NCBI RefSeq assembly: GCF_009914755.1
Contig: NC_060945.1
Length of the DNA stretch: 64,000 bases
Strand: one strand, 5' to 3'
From: the human T2T-CHM13v2.0 reference genome, Homo sapiens
Numbering within the stretch: the stretch's first letter is position 1; each line of letters opens with the position of its first letter. A program made the position numbers and the translations under genes. Of the stretch, positions 37,500 through 53,940 are shown in pieces. The notes beneath the pieces are model-generated. The model made no database searches and was not told the origin of the DNA. It saw nothing but the letters and a program-made list of their open reading frames with translations.

Positions 37500-38620
37500 T
37501 TCTAAATTAACGTGGTACCTCTGTAAGTTTCTTCCAAAGGCATATTGAGGGATACCGAGGTTTGCAGTACAATTAAACCCATCACACAGTTTGTGAGCAT
37601 AGGACCCAAGAAGTAGTTTTTCAACCCTGGCCCACTCTGTCCCTCCCCGTTCTTATTTCCCAGTGTCTATTATTCCCACCTTTATGACAATGTGCACCCA
37701 ATATGTAGCTCCCACATGAGTGAAAACATGACATATTTGGTTTCTGTTTCTGCGTTGGTTTGCTTAGGAGAGTGGATTCCAGCTGTATTCATGTTGCTGC
37801 AAATGATGTGATTTTGTTCTTTTCATGGCTGCATAGTATTCCATGGTATATATGGAATTTTCCAATCTACCTTGGATTTTCAATCTACCTTGGATGTACC
37901 TGGATTGACTCCACGTCTTTGCTATTGTGAATAGTGCTGCAATGAACATACATGTGTATACATCTTTTTGTTACAATGATTTATTGTCCTTTCGATATAC
38001 CCCTAGTATAGTAATGGGGTTGCTGCATCCAACAGTCATTCTTAGTTCTTAATTTCCAAACTGCTCTCCATAGTAGCTGAATTAATTTACATTGCCACAA
38101 ACGGTTTGTGTTCCCTTTTCTCCACAGCCTCCCCAACTTCCTTTTTTAAGTTTTTATTTATTATTTGTTTTTAACAAAAGTCATTGTGACTGATGTGAAA
38201 TGGTATTTAATTGATGTTTTGTTTGGCATTTTTCTGATGATTAGCAATGGTAAGCATTTTTTAATGTTTGTTGGCCACTTATGTGTGTTATTTTGAGAAC
38301 TGTCTGTTCATGTCCTTTGCCCATTTTTAATGGTCTTATTTATTTTTTGCTTGTTGATTTGTTTAGGTCTCTTATGGATTCTGGATAATAGGCGTTTGCT
38401 ATATCCATACTTTGTGAATATTTTCTTCCATTCCTTATGCTGTCTGTTTAATCCCGTGATAGTTTCTCATGCTGTGCAGAAGCTATTTAGCTAAATTAGA
38501 TCACACTTGTCAATTTTTGTTATTCTTGCAATTGCTTTTGAGGACTTAGCCATAAATTAATTGACAAATATGATATCTAGAAGAGTATTTCCTAGGTTTT
38601 TTCCAGGATTTTTATAGTCA
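37500..38620 (-). mobile_element. L1 3' region (L1PB/L1MA-like)
   Basis: Minus ORF MFIAALFTIAKTWSQ...YTMEYYAAMK is the L1 ORF2 end. Confidence 0.85.
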
Positions 38621-38654
38621 GAAGATGTACTCTTATGTAAGGAAAGCACAAACC

Positions 38655-38950
38655 TTTTTTTTTGTTTTGTTTTGAGACAGAGTCTCCATCACCAAGGCTA
38701 TAGTGCAGTGGTATGATCTTGGCTTACTGCAACCTCTGTCTCCTGGGTTCAAGTGATTCTCCTGCCTCAGCCTCCTGAGTATCTGAGATTACACATGCCT
38801 GCCAACACGCCTTGCTAATTTTTGTATTTTTACTAGAGACAGGTTTCATCATTTTGGCCAGGCTGGTCTCAAACTCCTGACGTCAGGTGATTCACCTGCC
38901 TCGGCCTCCCCAAATTTTGGGATTACAAGTGTGAACCACCATGCCTGGCC
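38655..38950 (-). mobile_element. Alu (AluS-type) with degenerate TSD
   Basis: Reverse-complement Alu; flanks aagcacaaacctttt and aaccacaaagctttt. Confidence 0.96.
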
Positions 38951-39134
38951 AACCACAAAGCTTTTAACATAAAAAGGGAAATGAACATTTTAGTGTTTTG
39001 TTTAATTCATAAAATGCAATTATTTTGGATTCTACTAAATAATAAACATCCATATGTGGCAAAGTGTTTGGATGCTAATCATTCAGTTGTGATTATGAGT
39101 GGGAAGAATTGAGATGGTGCAAATAAACTTTTTT

Positions 39135-39437
39135 AATTTTTTTTTTATTTTCAAGATGGAGTCTTGCCCTGTCACCCAGGCTGGAGTGCAGTGGTGCAAT
39201 CTCAGCTGCTGCAACCTCCGTCTCCCAGGTTCAAGCAATTCTCTGCCTCAGCCTTCCTAGTAGCTGGGATTACAGGTGCCCACCACCACACCAGGCTAAT
39301 ATATTTTTTTGTACTTTTAGTAGAGTTGGGGTTTCACCATCTTGGCCAGGCTGGTCTTGAACTCCTGACCTCGTGATACACCTGCCTCAGCCTCCCAAAG
39401 TGCTGGGATTACAGGCATGAGCCACCACACCTGGCTG
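39135..39437 (-). mobile_element. Alu (AluS-type)
   Basis: Reverse-complement Alu; TSD-like ggtgcaaa(t/g)aaacttt on both sides. Confidence 0.96.
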
Positions 39438-39464
39438 GTGCAAAGAAACTTTAAAAGTGGCATG

Positions 39465-39785
<321 letters not shown>

Positions 39786-40136
39786 CTACAATCAATTAGA
39801 GAGTAAGCCAGAGCATCTCAAAGTATATCATCAGTTATCAGGCAATAACATGCAATTTCTAAAACCTAACTTAAATGCAGCTTTTAAAGACATTTCAATC
39901 ATGTCAGTTTAGTCACATTTATTGAATAAAGTTAGCAAATGGATATCTCTTGAAAATGAGAGCTCCAGGGAATTAAAAAATGTAAAGTTCCCATTTCCTT
40001 TCTGTGTTAACACAGCTAATTATGATCTTTACTTCACATGCAAAAGTCAACAGAACAACTCAGTATTTCACCAAATTATAAACAAGAATTACGCTAGAGA
40101 AATGAAACCCTAAAGAGAAACGGTCATATAACTAAC

Positions 40137-40357
<221 letters not shown>

Positions 40358-41693
40358 CTGTAAAGGTAGCAAAGACAAATGCTTAATATTTCATTTTTCC
40401 TTAAATGATTCTTAATGACTTGCAGTTTTTAAAAACTTACCCTGAGAGTAAACCAAATTACCCACTAAATAGTGTTTTCACACAGAAGATGTGTAAGAGC
40501 ATACCTGTTGTAAGGAATTATAATTTTAAAATCATTCTAAAGAAGCACCATTGTTTCTAAGGTGATTTCTACTGAACAAGCAGTTCAAACAAAGTAGACA
40601 GGGAAGAGAAATGGCTATCAGTGATGTATGGCTCAACAGGTAAAACTTCCTGCCTTCTAAAATGGCTCTACTTGGAAGATTCTGAAGATTCCATTAGAAA
40701 TACTTGTATTTAAAGGGTAATAATGTGGGAAAATGAATATGTTGATTTGCTTGATTATAAGAACCACTTCACTAGAAATAATTATATCAAAACATCATGT
40801 TGTACTCCTTAATGTAGGTTAAGAAAACTAAAATGAAAGAAAAAAAATCTAGGAACACTTGTGTTTAGTAAACCAGTTTTAGATTTCACTCTTGTACATT
40901 TCACCCATTATCTAGGACCAATTAAACATTTGGCACTGAGGAATAATTCAGAGCAACAACTCCTAGGGGAGAACTAGATTGTCTGGTTGGTGATCAAAAA
41001 GAACTAAAGCATCTCTGAAGGCAATTAGTCCCCAACACTGTGACCAAGGCCCTGGAGGTGGGGCATGTTCTTTCTGCCTTCCACACACCGCTTCAGGCTG
41101 AACAAGGTGTTATTTTTTAACCGCTTTGTGAATTACACTTCTTTAAATTCCTGTGATAATTATTCCCTATTTCACAAGGGTGCCTTTCTGTAACATCTTG
41201 AATATGTTACACAAATAGTCTTTCTTGAGGCACCCTCTGGTGATAATACTAAAGATCACAATCAAAAACAATTGTGCCCAGAGTAGCAGTACCACTTTGC
41301 ATTTAGGTTGTGATCCACTGAAAAGTAAATTAAACACATTAATATTTCTATTTAGGGAAATTCTGACAAGTAATTTTATAACAAGATCACTTCATTAATT
41401 ATAAAGCTTCAAAAATACTTAGTGAAAAAAACTAACAGATCAGGTTAATTACATGAGACTTTTCAGGAAAAAAAGCCATACAAAAGCAAAAAAAAAAATG
41501 AGAGGAGAGACAAAAACTATCTTTGACTAACATTTTAAAGGTAAAATTATTTACTCACGTTATTTTTCAAAATTACATTGTCAAATTAGCATTCACTTCC
41601 TTCTAATCTCCTGAAGCCATCTCACTAAAAATTATGCTTTTGAAACAAATTAATGAGCTTAATTCATTTTCTATGAGTGTATGTTTTGACTTA

Positions 41694-41908
<215 letters not shown>

Positions 41909-42372
41909 CTAAAACAGAGGAAAAGAATACACTTTTAAAACAATTATAACCTAATTATTATGTTTGTTGCCTTTCATTTTGAGTCAGCGATTCAAAGAGT
42001 ATTTTTGAATATGTTAAAAAAGAGGATGAAGTTTAAAATATTTCAGCAATATCAAAACTAATAACTGAATTCAGAATTAAGTCTGATTTGTAAAAATTTG
42101 AAATCATAATTATGCTAGTATTAATGTAATCTGGTCATATAAAAAGTAATAGAATCCATTCATAGTTTTAAAAAGTGATCAATGAACACTGTAGCTTAAG
42201 ACCAATTCATAATTATCACATAATTTCTAAAACACAATTTTTTCCTATGCCAACTGGTCTTAATCATCAAATGACTCCATAATGAGAATCATTACTCTGA
42301 AAGATTGATTTTGTTATAATAATAATGGAAATTTAAATATTTAAAAGAAAAAACAGATACCATTTTTTTCTA

Positions 42373-42885
<513 letters not shown>

Positions 42886-43235
42886 TTATCTGTAATGCAG
42901 CAGATTCTTCAAATGTGAACCCTTAAATTACTCAGAATTTTAAGAACAAAGTTAAAGCTACCATGAGTCATAAAAATATATTCTTTACTATCATCATCTT
43001 TGCCACAGAATTTTTGTACTTCATTTTACTTTTATTTTTCTGATAATTCATTTTTGTTCCTCCTTAAATGGCACAAAGTTATCTCCTAGTAAAAAGTGTC
43101 TAACCCCCTTCCTTCATTATCATTCCCCACAGTATGTCAAAAAAAGTTTCAGAGATATCATATTGAGTTATTTAGGCCAAAGTCAATAAATGGGTCTAGG
43201 AATAAGACTTTGAAAGTGATATTACACTCTATATT

Positions 43236-43520
43236 AGGCATGGTGGCTCATGCCTGTAATCCTAGCACTTTAAAAAGCTGTGGCAGAAAGATCACTTGAG
43301 GCCAGGAATTTAAGATCAGCCAGAGCAACATAGTGAGACCCCCATCTCTACAAAAAAAAATTTTTTTTAATTACCCGGGCATGGTGGCTCATGCCTGTAG
43401 ACCCAGCTAGTTGGGATACTGAGGCAAAAGGATGGCTTGTACCCAGAGTTCAGGGCTGCAGTGAATTATTATCACTGCACTTCTGCCTGGATAACAGACA
43501 AAGACCCTATATCAAAAAAC
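43236..43520 (+). mobile_element. Alu (AluJ-like)
   Basis: Diverged Alu dimer (gatcacttgaggccaggaattt; gagttcagggctgcagtga). Confidence 0.9.
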
Positions 43521-43629
43521 ATCACAAAATAATGAAATCTATGATTAAGGATTCTGATGCTATAAGCCTTTCCTTAAACTGCAAATGTTTCATGCTAATT
43601 TGAATTGCATTTTAAGAAGTAATGATTCT

Positions 43630-45375
43630 TGGGGTAAAGACCATAGAATACGGCACCCAGAAATAAATTCACATATTTCCAGCCAACTGATTTTGGACGA
43701 ACATTCCAAGAACATACGCTGGGGAAAGGACAGCCTCTTCAAATGAATGACACTGGGAAAACTAAATATCCATATGGAGAAGAATGATATTAGCTTCCTA
43801 TGTAACACCATATAACAACATAAACTCAGAATCGATTGAAGACTGAAATGTAAGGCCCAAAATTATCAAACTACTCTAAGTAAATATAAGGAAAATGCTT
43901 GAGGACATTAGTCTGCACAAAGATTTTTATGGGTAAGACATCAGAAGCATAGGCAAACAACAAATCATAGACAAAAGACACTACATTAAGCTAAAGAGCT
44001 TCTGTCCAGCAAACAACTGAGTGAAGAGAAAACCTGTAGAATAGGAGAAAATATTGTCAAGCTATTCACCTAATGAGGGACTAATATACAAAATATACAA
44101 AAAAACTCAAACAACTTCACAGTAAAAAAAATCTGAGTTTAAAATTGGGCAAAATATCTAACTATACTTTTTTTTAGAAAAAGAAATACAAATAGCCAAT
44201 AAATAAATTTTAAAATGCTCAGTATCACTAATCCTCAGGGAAATACAAATCAAATCTACAATGTGATATAATCTTGCTTCAATTTGAATAAATTGCTGTC
44301 ATTGAAAAGACAAAAAAAATAGCAAATGCTGGTGAGGCTCCAGAGAACAGTAAACTCTTACATGCTGTTGGTGGGAAGGTAAATTAGTGCAGCCACTATA
44401 GAGAACAACAGGAGGTTTTCTCAAAAAAACTAATAATGGGACTGCCGAGGGATCCAGCAACCCCACTACCGGGTATTCAGGCAATAGAAAAGAAAACAAT
44501 AGATCAAAAGGATATCTGTCCTCATATGTTTACTGTAGCACTATCCACAACAGCTTGTGTATGGAATCAACCTACATGTCCATCACCAAATGAATGGGCG
44601 AAAAACTGTGGCACACAAACACAGTGGAATACTATTCACCATATAAAGGAATTAAATCCTGTTATTCGTGGCCACGTGGATCAGTCTGACGGATGTTATG
44701 TTAAGTGCAGACACAGAAAGATAAATACTGCACATTCTTACTCATGTGTGGGAGCTAAAGGAAAATTGAAGGCTGGGCAATATGGCTGATGCCTGTAACT
44801 TCCTCGCTCTTTGTAAGACCAAAGCAAGAGAATCATTTGAGGCCAAAAGTTCCAGAGCTCCCTGGGCAACATAGGGAGATATCTCTACAAAGTCAAAAAT
44901 CAGACATGTGCAATGGTGTATGCCCATAATGCCAGCTGCTCAGGAGGCTGAGGTGTGAGGATCAGATGGGCCCAAGAGTTTGAAGCTGCAGTGAACTATG
45001 ATCAAACCACTGTCTCCAGTCTGGGTGACTACAGTTGCCCAGAGCCCAGACTACACTAGCAAGACCCTGTCTCTTAACAAAAAAAAGCTCACAGAAGTAG
45101 GGGAGAGGAGGCTGGTTAATGGATACAGAATTACAGTTAGATAAGAGGAGTGAGTTCTGGTGTTCTGTGGCATTGTAGGGTGAATATGGTTAACTATGAC
45201 TTATTGTATATTTTTAAAAAGCCAGAAAATTTTGAATGTTCACAATTCAAAGAAATGAAAAATGGTTGAAGTAGTAAATGTGCTAGTTAGCTTGATCATT
45301 ACACACTATATACGTGTATAAAAATATCACTCTATAGCCCATAATTATGTATATATGTGTCAATTAAAACAAAAG
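43630..45375 (+). mobile_element. L1MA-like 3' region interrupted by an Alu
   Basis: DPATPLPGI..KDICPHMFTVAL (ORF2-like); L1MA-type 3'UTR resumes after ~45088. Confidence 0.85.
44771..45087 (+). mobile_element. Alu (AluJ-like) inside L1
   Basis: ggctgggcaatatggctgatgcctgtaa ... gcaagaccctgtctctt plus A-tract. Confidence 0.88.
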
Positions 45376-45414
45376 AGAAGCTACATTCATCCCATTTAAA
45401 AAACAGAATATGGG

Positions 45415-45795
45415 CCAGCCTTACTGACTTCCTTCTAATGAGTAGAATGTAGTGAAAGGGATACCATGTGGCTTCCCTATCTCAGACTGTTTTCCCTTGG
45501 AACCCAGCCCCTATTGTGAGAGCCATCAGGCCACAAACAGAGCCTGAAAGTGCCTGTGTCAGTGTTCATGCTGCCTGTCCCAACCAAGTTTACAGCCGAT
45601 GGCCAGCATCAACCATCAAACAAGTGGGTGACCAAAGCTTCAGAGGATTCCATTTCCCCAACTGATCAGCTGTTCCTAGGGAAGCTGAAGGGAGCAGAGC
45701 AAGCTGTCCTGGCCAAGTTTTTCCCAAACCACAGGTTCATGAACAAAATAAATGTTTTTCTTTCAAGCCACAAGACTCTGGGTAATTGTTAGGAA
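45415..45795 (+). mobile_element. Probable MLT1-type LTR
   Basis: 3' end caaaataaatgtttttctttcaagccac...gggtaattgtt resembles MLT1 termini. Confidence 0.55.
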
Positions 45796-47099
45796 AATAA
45801 GTTTTAAAAAGAGACAACAGGAAACATAACTTATGCAGCAGAAAAGAGTCTCCTTTAAAGCAGGATCTAATAAAGGTTGATATTTATTTATTGATGTCAA
45901 ACATTATTGAGAAGCAGTAGATAACCAGGAGAGAGACATAAGCTGCTGAGGAGGAATTTTCCTAAAACAACTTCAATTATGAACTCTGATAACAAGGCAA
46001 GGGTGTCTTCTTACAATTTCCCCTCAAGTTAGGAAGTAAGACTGGGAAGCAAGAAGATGTATGATTTGAAAAACAACTAGAAATACTGGGTGACATAGGC
46101 AAAATCAGACATTTACCTGATTTCAATTAACTAAAATTCTAAAAGAAGAAGTTTTGAGTATTTATTAATCAACCTAGTATTCAATTTTCATTTTCTTTTC
46201 TAAATGAGGAAATAAGGAGAATATTATGGAATGATTTTTATTCTTCACAGAAGTAAAATAAGCATAGTGTGTTTTGAGTGTTAAGACACAAATGCAACTT
46301 CTCCTTTACCTTACTCCAAGCTTGTTTGTATGGAGAAGTTAAGACCATCCCATTTCTATGTTATGCCACAATGCTTCTCTATAGCACACAACTTGGCTCT
46401 GAAATTTTGAAAGTCAAAATACTAATCTACATGTGTCTCTGATAAATTGCCTGAACGTTACCTGATTTTGAAGTGCTGCACTCCTAAGACTTTTTCTTGG
46501 AATGAGTTAAACGTTTTATTCCAAGAATCCTCTACTGAGCTAGAAAGCAGAGCTGTGCATCTCTGTTTCAGTAAAAGGAGGTCAATATAGGGAACTGTGG
46601 TTTCTGAGAATGCAAGATCTGCACTAATAAAAGGATTAGCCACAGTGCTACCCAAGAGAACCAGCTACCAGGAGGAAAGAGGGTCTGTAAACTGCAAGAT
46701 GATGACTTCACTTGATTTCCACTGAGGAAAGCTGGTGGCTCAGACTTAAACTTCTCCTTCCTAGATGGTAAACATCTATGGAAGGTTCTATGAATTATAA
46801 TGAGTTAGTAAAACATAATGCACTGAATATTAGACTATGTCAGCAGATCCTGTAACCAAAACTTACTGAAAATATAACTATAGTGGGAGGCAATGGAAAA
46901 GAGACTAAAGGCTTGAATGGAGAAAAAAAGAAATTAAGTGTGTCTTGTAAGCCTGGCGTCTGATCATGTCTTAGAGGAAGTAAGGTATAAGCTGGCCAGA
47001 GACTCCTTTGTGACACAAAAGGTGAAGTTACAGACATTCCACTAAATTTAATTTTTATTATGACATAAGACAACTGGTAATATGCAACATGATTGAAAA

Positions 47100-48915
47100 A
47101 AACTTCTCATTCAATTCGATTGGGCCTTGACATAAGAATAGACATAAACAAGCTAAGAATTGACAATCTAAAAATAAGCCTGCACTTTTACAGTCAATTG
47201 ATTTTATACAAGCTTAACAAAAGAACAAAATGGGAAAAGAATAGTCTTTTCAACAAATGGTGCTGGGACAACTGGGTATCCATAAGCAAAAAATAAATAA
47301 AGTTCGACCAAATATCATATTTAATAATTAACTCAAAATAAAACAGTTAACTGTAAAAGCTAAAACTATAAAACCCTCAGAAGAAAACACTGGCATAAAT
47401 CTTTGTGACTGCATTTGCCAGTGTTTTCTTAGCTATGACTCCAAAGGAAAAATGGATTCAATGGACTTCAAAATTGAAAACTGCTGTGCCTCAGAAGACA
47501 GCATGAAGAAGTGAAAAGGTAAGACGCCAAGTAGAAGAAAGTATTTGAAAAGCGTGTATCTGATAAGGGACTTACATATATAGGAAATATAAATAACTCT
47601 TGCAATTAATAAATAACATGATAAGCCAATTTTAAAAAATGGGCAAGGATTTTGAATAGATATATCTGCAAAGAAGATATAAAGATGGATAAGCACATTA
47701 ATAGATGCTTAATGTAATTAGTCATTAGGAAAATGTAAATCAAAACCACATGTGGTATCACTTCACACCACAGGATAAAATCTTTGTTCAAGAAAAAAGA
47801 GTGTTAGGAAAAATGTAAAGAAATTAAAACCCTTATCTAATGCTGCTGGGAATGTAAAGTGATGCAGCCACTTTGGAAAACAAACTGGTAGCTCCTTAAA
47901 GGGTTAAGCATGAAGTTACCATATGACACAGAAATTCCAGTCATAAGTATATACTCCAGAAAAATAAAAACATACGCAAGCACAAAAACTCATACATAAA
48001 TGTTTACAGCAGCATTATTAATAGTAGTCAAAAGGTGGAAAGAACCAGAACGTCTGTCACCTTTGGCTGGGAGAGAACCCAAAGGTCCATCACCTGGCGA
48101 ATGGATAAATAAAATGTTTGATGTATCCATACAATGGAATATTACTCAGCAATAAGAAGAAATTAAGTACAGATACCGTATTAGGAGGAGACAGCAAAAT
48201 GCCTATGCAGATACGGAAGGGTCCCCGGAGAATCTCCAACGAGCCCCACAAGTGTTTACACCAGATGTTATGTGCAGATAAGGGAACCTGGACTTGTCTT
48301 GCCTGGACATGCCCACAGCAGACTGGAGGCCCACATGCAGTGGGGGGATGGGGTGGAGTCACCAGGAATTCACACCTTATGCAGAGGAGGAGCCTGGCCG
48401 CTTCAGCTCATGTGCTCCTGGTATTCAATTGTGAGGTGGAAACCTCTTTGCAGGACCCCTCTCTTTGCTGAGAGCTGTGCTTTCACATAATAAATTCTGC
48501 CCTCCTCAATGTGTCTGCATGCTTAATTTTTCCTGGTCACGAGAGAAGAACACAGATGTAGCTGAACTAAGGAGCAAAAACCCAGCATCAATACCTGCTA
48601 CAGCACAGATGCAGCATGAAAAATTATGCTAAGTGAAATAAGCCAGTCCCAGCAGACCACTTGCTTTTTATTTCAGAGGCTTATAGGCAAATCTATACAA
48701 AGAAGGTGGGTGGTTCCCTAGGGCTGAGGGAGGAAGGGAAAACTAGTGAAGATGGCTAAATGATGTGGGGTTTGTTTTTAGGGTGATGAAAATGTTCTAA
48801 AATTAATTGTAATGATGACGGCATAACTCTCTGAAAATACTAAAGTTAATGAATTCTATACTTTAAATGAGTGAATTGCATGGCGTGTTCATTATTTCTC
48901 AATAAACCTGTTACC
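47100..48915 (+). mobile_element. Old L1M 3' region interrupted by a solo LTR
   Basis: KNSLFNKWCWDNW ORF2 motif; 3' end gggtgatgaaaatgttctaaaatt...ctcaataaa. Confidence 0.85.
48177..48590 (+). mobile_element. Solo ERV1 LTR (MER48-like) with 4-bp TSD ATAC
   Basis: Ends gctgaactaaggagcaaaaacccagcatca, has an internal AATAAA, and atac lies at both 48173-48176 and 48591-48594. Family name from memory. Confidence 0.75.
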
Positions 48916-49139
48916 CCCCCACCCCAAATTAATTTGGTACTAGAGATCTGCAGATAGGTACTGCTTGGTTTCAAATCACTGGCCAGGGTTCAAGGTCTAA
49001 GAGAATCAACAACATGTCCTTTTTATAGAAAAAGAGATTTATATTTTACAAGCTATCCTTTTCATTAGTATCAAGTCTGTAAAATTCAATGAAAAATCTT
49101 TCTTTCGCTGCTTAAAGCACTGACAGATTTATATAGAGG

Positions 49140-49490
49140 AATAAGACCTTGTTTTCCTTGGCCCCAATTTCTATCTAAAGGGTCTGGGAAACACACCCTT
49201 CAAACTATCAAATCTCATCAGATGGGTTTTATTAACACTTATAATATGGCTTCCTTTCTAATCTGATTCTGTTGCAGCATCACAGAGAGAAGAAGCTGAA
49301 GGAAATCAAAATATTTTACCCCCAAATATATTTTTTGACGTATTTTGAAATGGCTGCTGCAGGGCCAAGAGATTGAAATGGCCCTCATTAAGGTAGCCCA
49401 ATCTCCCCTTCTAGGTCTTTCCAGATCTGGGGAAGATTAACTAAGAGCCTGAGGCATTTAAAGTTTGAAAAGATATATTTACCCTCTATT
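49140..49490 (+). mobile_element. Probable ERV1 LTR fragment (MER34/MER39-like)
   Basis: ctaaagggtctggg and gaaggaaatcaaaatattttacccccaaatata resemble that group. Confidence 0.5.
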
Positions 49491-49599
49491 TTCTCAACAT
49501 ATTTTGGCAGAATTTGGATTTTTCCATTATCAATATTTTCCAAAATGCATGATTTTTAATACCAAAACTGATTTAAAATTACCATACGTTGGAATATAA

Positions 49600-50045
49600 A
49601 TTATTCTATTATAAAGATACATGCATTTGCATGTTCACTGCAGCACTATTCACAATAGTAAAGACATGGAATCAACACAGATGGACATTATCAGTGATAA
49701 TGGGATAAAGAAAATGTGGTATATATACACCATGGAATACTATGGAGCCATAAAAATGAATGAGATCATGCTCTTTGCAGGGATATGGATGAACCCAAAG
49801 CTGATATCTTCAGCAAACTAATGCAGGAAGAAAAAACCAAACACTGCATCTTCTCACTTATAAGTGGGAGCTGAACGATAAGAGCACATGGACTCGGGGA
49901 GGGGAACAACAAACACTGGGGCCTGTTGGGGTCAGGAGGGAGAGCATCAAGATCAATAACTAATGCCCACAGGGCTTAATATCTAGGTGATGGATTGATA
50001 GGTGCAGCAAACCATCATGGAACACGTTTACCTATATAAGAAACT
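49600..50045 (+). mobile_element. L1PA 3' fragment, truncated at an Alu fragment
   Basis: KKMWYIYTMEYYGAIKMNEIM followed by L1 3'UTR. Confidence 0.9.
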
Positions 50046-50140
50046 TGTTGGCCAGACTGGTCTTTAACTCCTGACCTCATGATCTTCCTGCCTTGGCCTC
50101 CCAAAGTGCTGGGATTACAGGTGTGGCCACCATGCCTGGT
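50046..50140 (-). mobile_element. Alu left-arm fragment
   Basis: ccttggcctcccaaagtgctgggattacagg. Confidence 0.9.
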
Positions 50141-50325
50141 GGCTATTTCTCTTTTTAAATTCTCTCAGGACTCCTAAAATCTCAAAACTTTGACCTAGAT
50201 TCCCTAATCTACATTTCCAGCTCTGACCATTTTCTTGAGGTCTCTTCCTTCTAGTACACATATTATAGAAAATATTCTCAACCACATGCTCATACATTGC
50301 TAATTGGTGCAGATTACTTTTGTAG

Positions 50326-50832
<507 letters not shown>

Positions 50833-51224
50833 TGAGAATCATATTATCAATTGTTTGCCTTTGTTTTCTTTTAAAGAAATTCCTTTTCCATAGAGATATG
50901 GCATGATGAAAGTCTTGTTCTAAAGTTTCTTTTGGGGGACACTTAACTATGTCATTGGGAAGCTTCAGTAAGTAGAGAACTCCCTTCTTCTCACTCAAGA
51001 TTCTTCATCTCAAAATGGTGTCCACCAAATGTCTTAATCCAGGTAGTCTTTTGTGTAGAAATTCATGAAATAAGAACCTTCTCGAGAAGTTGGAGGCTAG
51101 TGATTGAGATGGTTTAACGCTGCCCCTTATTATATGTTTTACTCCCAAGGTAGACATCAAAGTGGCTAATAATTCTATGACTGATGTCTAACTCACTTCT
51201 ATGGGAATCTATACAAAACGTTTT

Positions 51225-51387
51225 ATTTATGAGACAGAGTCTCCCTCTGTTACCCAGCCTGGAGTGCAGCGGCTTGATCACTGTTCACTACAGCCTCAAT
51301 ATTCCAAGCTCAAACGACCCTCCTACCACAGCCTCCCAATGTAGCTGGGACTACAGGCGTGCACCACCATGCCTCAGATAAGTGTTT

Positions 51388-51420
<33 letters not shown>

Positions 51421-51500
51421 GACAGGGTCTCACTATATTGCTCTGGCTGGTCTCAAACTCATGGGCTCAAACGATCCTCCTGCTTCAGCCTTCCAAAACC
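51225..51500 (-). mobile_element. Alu (AluJ-like) with an expanded middle T-tract
   Basis: Reverse-complement Alu with about 30 T at ~51388-51417. Confidence 0.9.
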
Positions 51501-52599
51501 AGGTGTTTAACTGGGGACTAACATGAAACACTTAGAAGACTACGTGGAACATAGTGAGCTACATAAAATATTTGCTATTAGCATAATAATTTTATTGTAT
51601 ATCTTAACAAAATTGTGTATTTTAGGCAGGTGGCATGCCAATGGAAGTACTCTCCTATAGCTGCACTGAATCATTCTTACCACTGAGAGTTGCAGCAAAT
51701 GGGGGACATAATTTATAACTTACTTTTCTCTCTGTATGACTCATTAGGCAATGACTATGTATGTACTACAATGTAAACAGCACCTCCTGGATTGAATAGT
51801 ACATAACTGACATGACCAGCAGAGACAGGCTAAAGACACTGAGCTGAAAACCCTGGACTCTATTGCTAAATCAAGGCTCCTGAATCCGTTCCCTCTGAGA
51901 AACTGTTGCTGTGGTGCTGCCTTCACAAGCACTCTGCTGAGCACTCATATTGAGGGGCTGTGCTATCCGTCATCGGACAAGCTGCACCCAGAACTGTTCA
52001 GCTGACAAACTGGTAGCAGTCCAGAAACACAGTTCTGCTGCATAGTGAAAAAAGGCCAATTTAGATTCTTTTTCATAGAGAGAAAAACATAAACATGTGA
52101 TTGAACGAGTCTCCTGTATTAGACTAATTGGGTTGGCTTTGATATTTAATTGCTAAAAACACACTTAGAATATAAACCTTACTGTGTCAAGGTCTCAAAG
52201 AAGAAATAATTGGTATGGTATAAAGTATTGAATTGTATGCTACAAACTTCTAAGCTAAAATATTTTCAATGTATGCAAGGATAGGTGGCACACATATTAT
52301 ATATTATTCCCCCATTAAGCAAATTTATAATGAGAGAAAACTATCTTCCATAAAAAAATAAAAGCCATGTAAAATTAAGAACTAAGTTTTTCTGCAAAGA
52401 CTAGACAACGATTGCTAACACATAAGGTCAATGAGAGAACACTCAGAGAAAGCTTCATGAAAACAATAAATTGTCTGCCACTTCTGAGTGAATGAGGCTA
52501 GATGAATAGAAACTGAGAAGGCAGAAAGGATAGCATGAGCAAGACAAGTGCTGAAATCTGCCCAATTAACTCTGAGGATAAAGTCCAATGGCAGAGAAA

Positions 52600-53100
52600 T
52601 AAAAACGCGTGTCCACATAATAACCTGTAAGTGAATGTTCGCAGCAGCATTTTTCATAAGAGCTAAACAGTGGAAACTAACCTAAAGGTCCATCAACCGA
52701 TGAATGAATGGAAAACCAGTATAGACATGGAATAGAATATCACTTAACTGTAAGAAGAAATAAACTACCAATGTGTGCTAAAACATTATGCTAAGTGAAT
52801 TCTGAAAACATTATGCTAAGTGAAAAAGCCAGTCACAAAGGACTACGTATTGTATAACTCTATGTATATGAAATAGGCAGAACAGGCGAACATATGGAGA
52901 CAAAAGCAGATAGATGGTGGTTGCCTACAACAGAGGTAGGTGGAGGGACATGGAGGAAGGCTGCAGTCATGCCTAGGAGATGTAGCGTTGCTTTTCAGGG
53001 TGATGAAAATGCTGTGAATTACTAATAGATACTGAGTTGTACATTTTAAATGGTTGAACTCTCTCAAATGTGAATGATATCTCAGTGAAACTGTTTTTAA
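52600..53100 (+). mobile_element. Old L1M 3' end
   Basis: aaacattatgctaagtgaaaaagccagtcacaaaggac; gggtgatgaaaatg. Confidence 0.8.
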
Positions 53101-53703
53101 AATCCGAAGGCAGGATCAAGATAATTTTCTCAACTCTCAATTTTTGATGTACATGTTATCTCAAATTTAAATATTTCCACAGTTTTATAGTATATTTTAA
53201 ATAAAAGATAAAGAAAATGCCTAACTTTTCAAATAGTTTGTAAATTAACCTAAAACATGCACTTTTAAAAGAATAGTATAATGGCCTTTCTGTACAAGTT
53301 AACCTAGAATCTGTGAAATAAATAGACACAGATTCTGTGTCCACTCACAAAAGTGAAGAAATAAGACAATTTTCTGGAACATTCCATGAAACATTCTTCT
53401 CTGATTTAATCTGGCCTGCCTCATCAGAGCAATACAAAAATTACTTAAAAATACTGTTTTAACAGGACAAAAGTCAGTTTTCTATGAGGAATGATATATA
53501 ATTCTCAACTTTTCCAAGGGTACGTATTGTAAGAGAAAAGGTATGCAATGGTTTTTCAAAATGGTAGAATGAAAGTCACAATATAAAAAAATAAGTACAT
53601 TATAGAGATAGTAAAGTGGAAATAATTCATTGTAATGAAAATAAAAAATCAAGCTTCTGCCATAATTCGTATCCTAAAACATGTTATGTAATTCAACTAG
53701 CTA

Positions 53704-53940
<237 letters not shown>

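Noticed and set aside
37862-37893. Short direct duplications (here caatctaccttggat twice; similar at ~22323, 24493, 50430 and 52780)
   Set aside because: Ordinary slippage-type microduplications with nothing linking them.
46458-46655. Possible extra ANKRD exon with AG/GT-like ends
   Set aside because: The peptide does not resemble ANKRD18/20/26 as I recall them; no other support.
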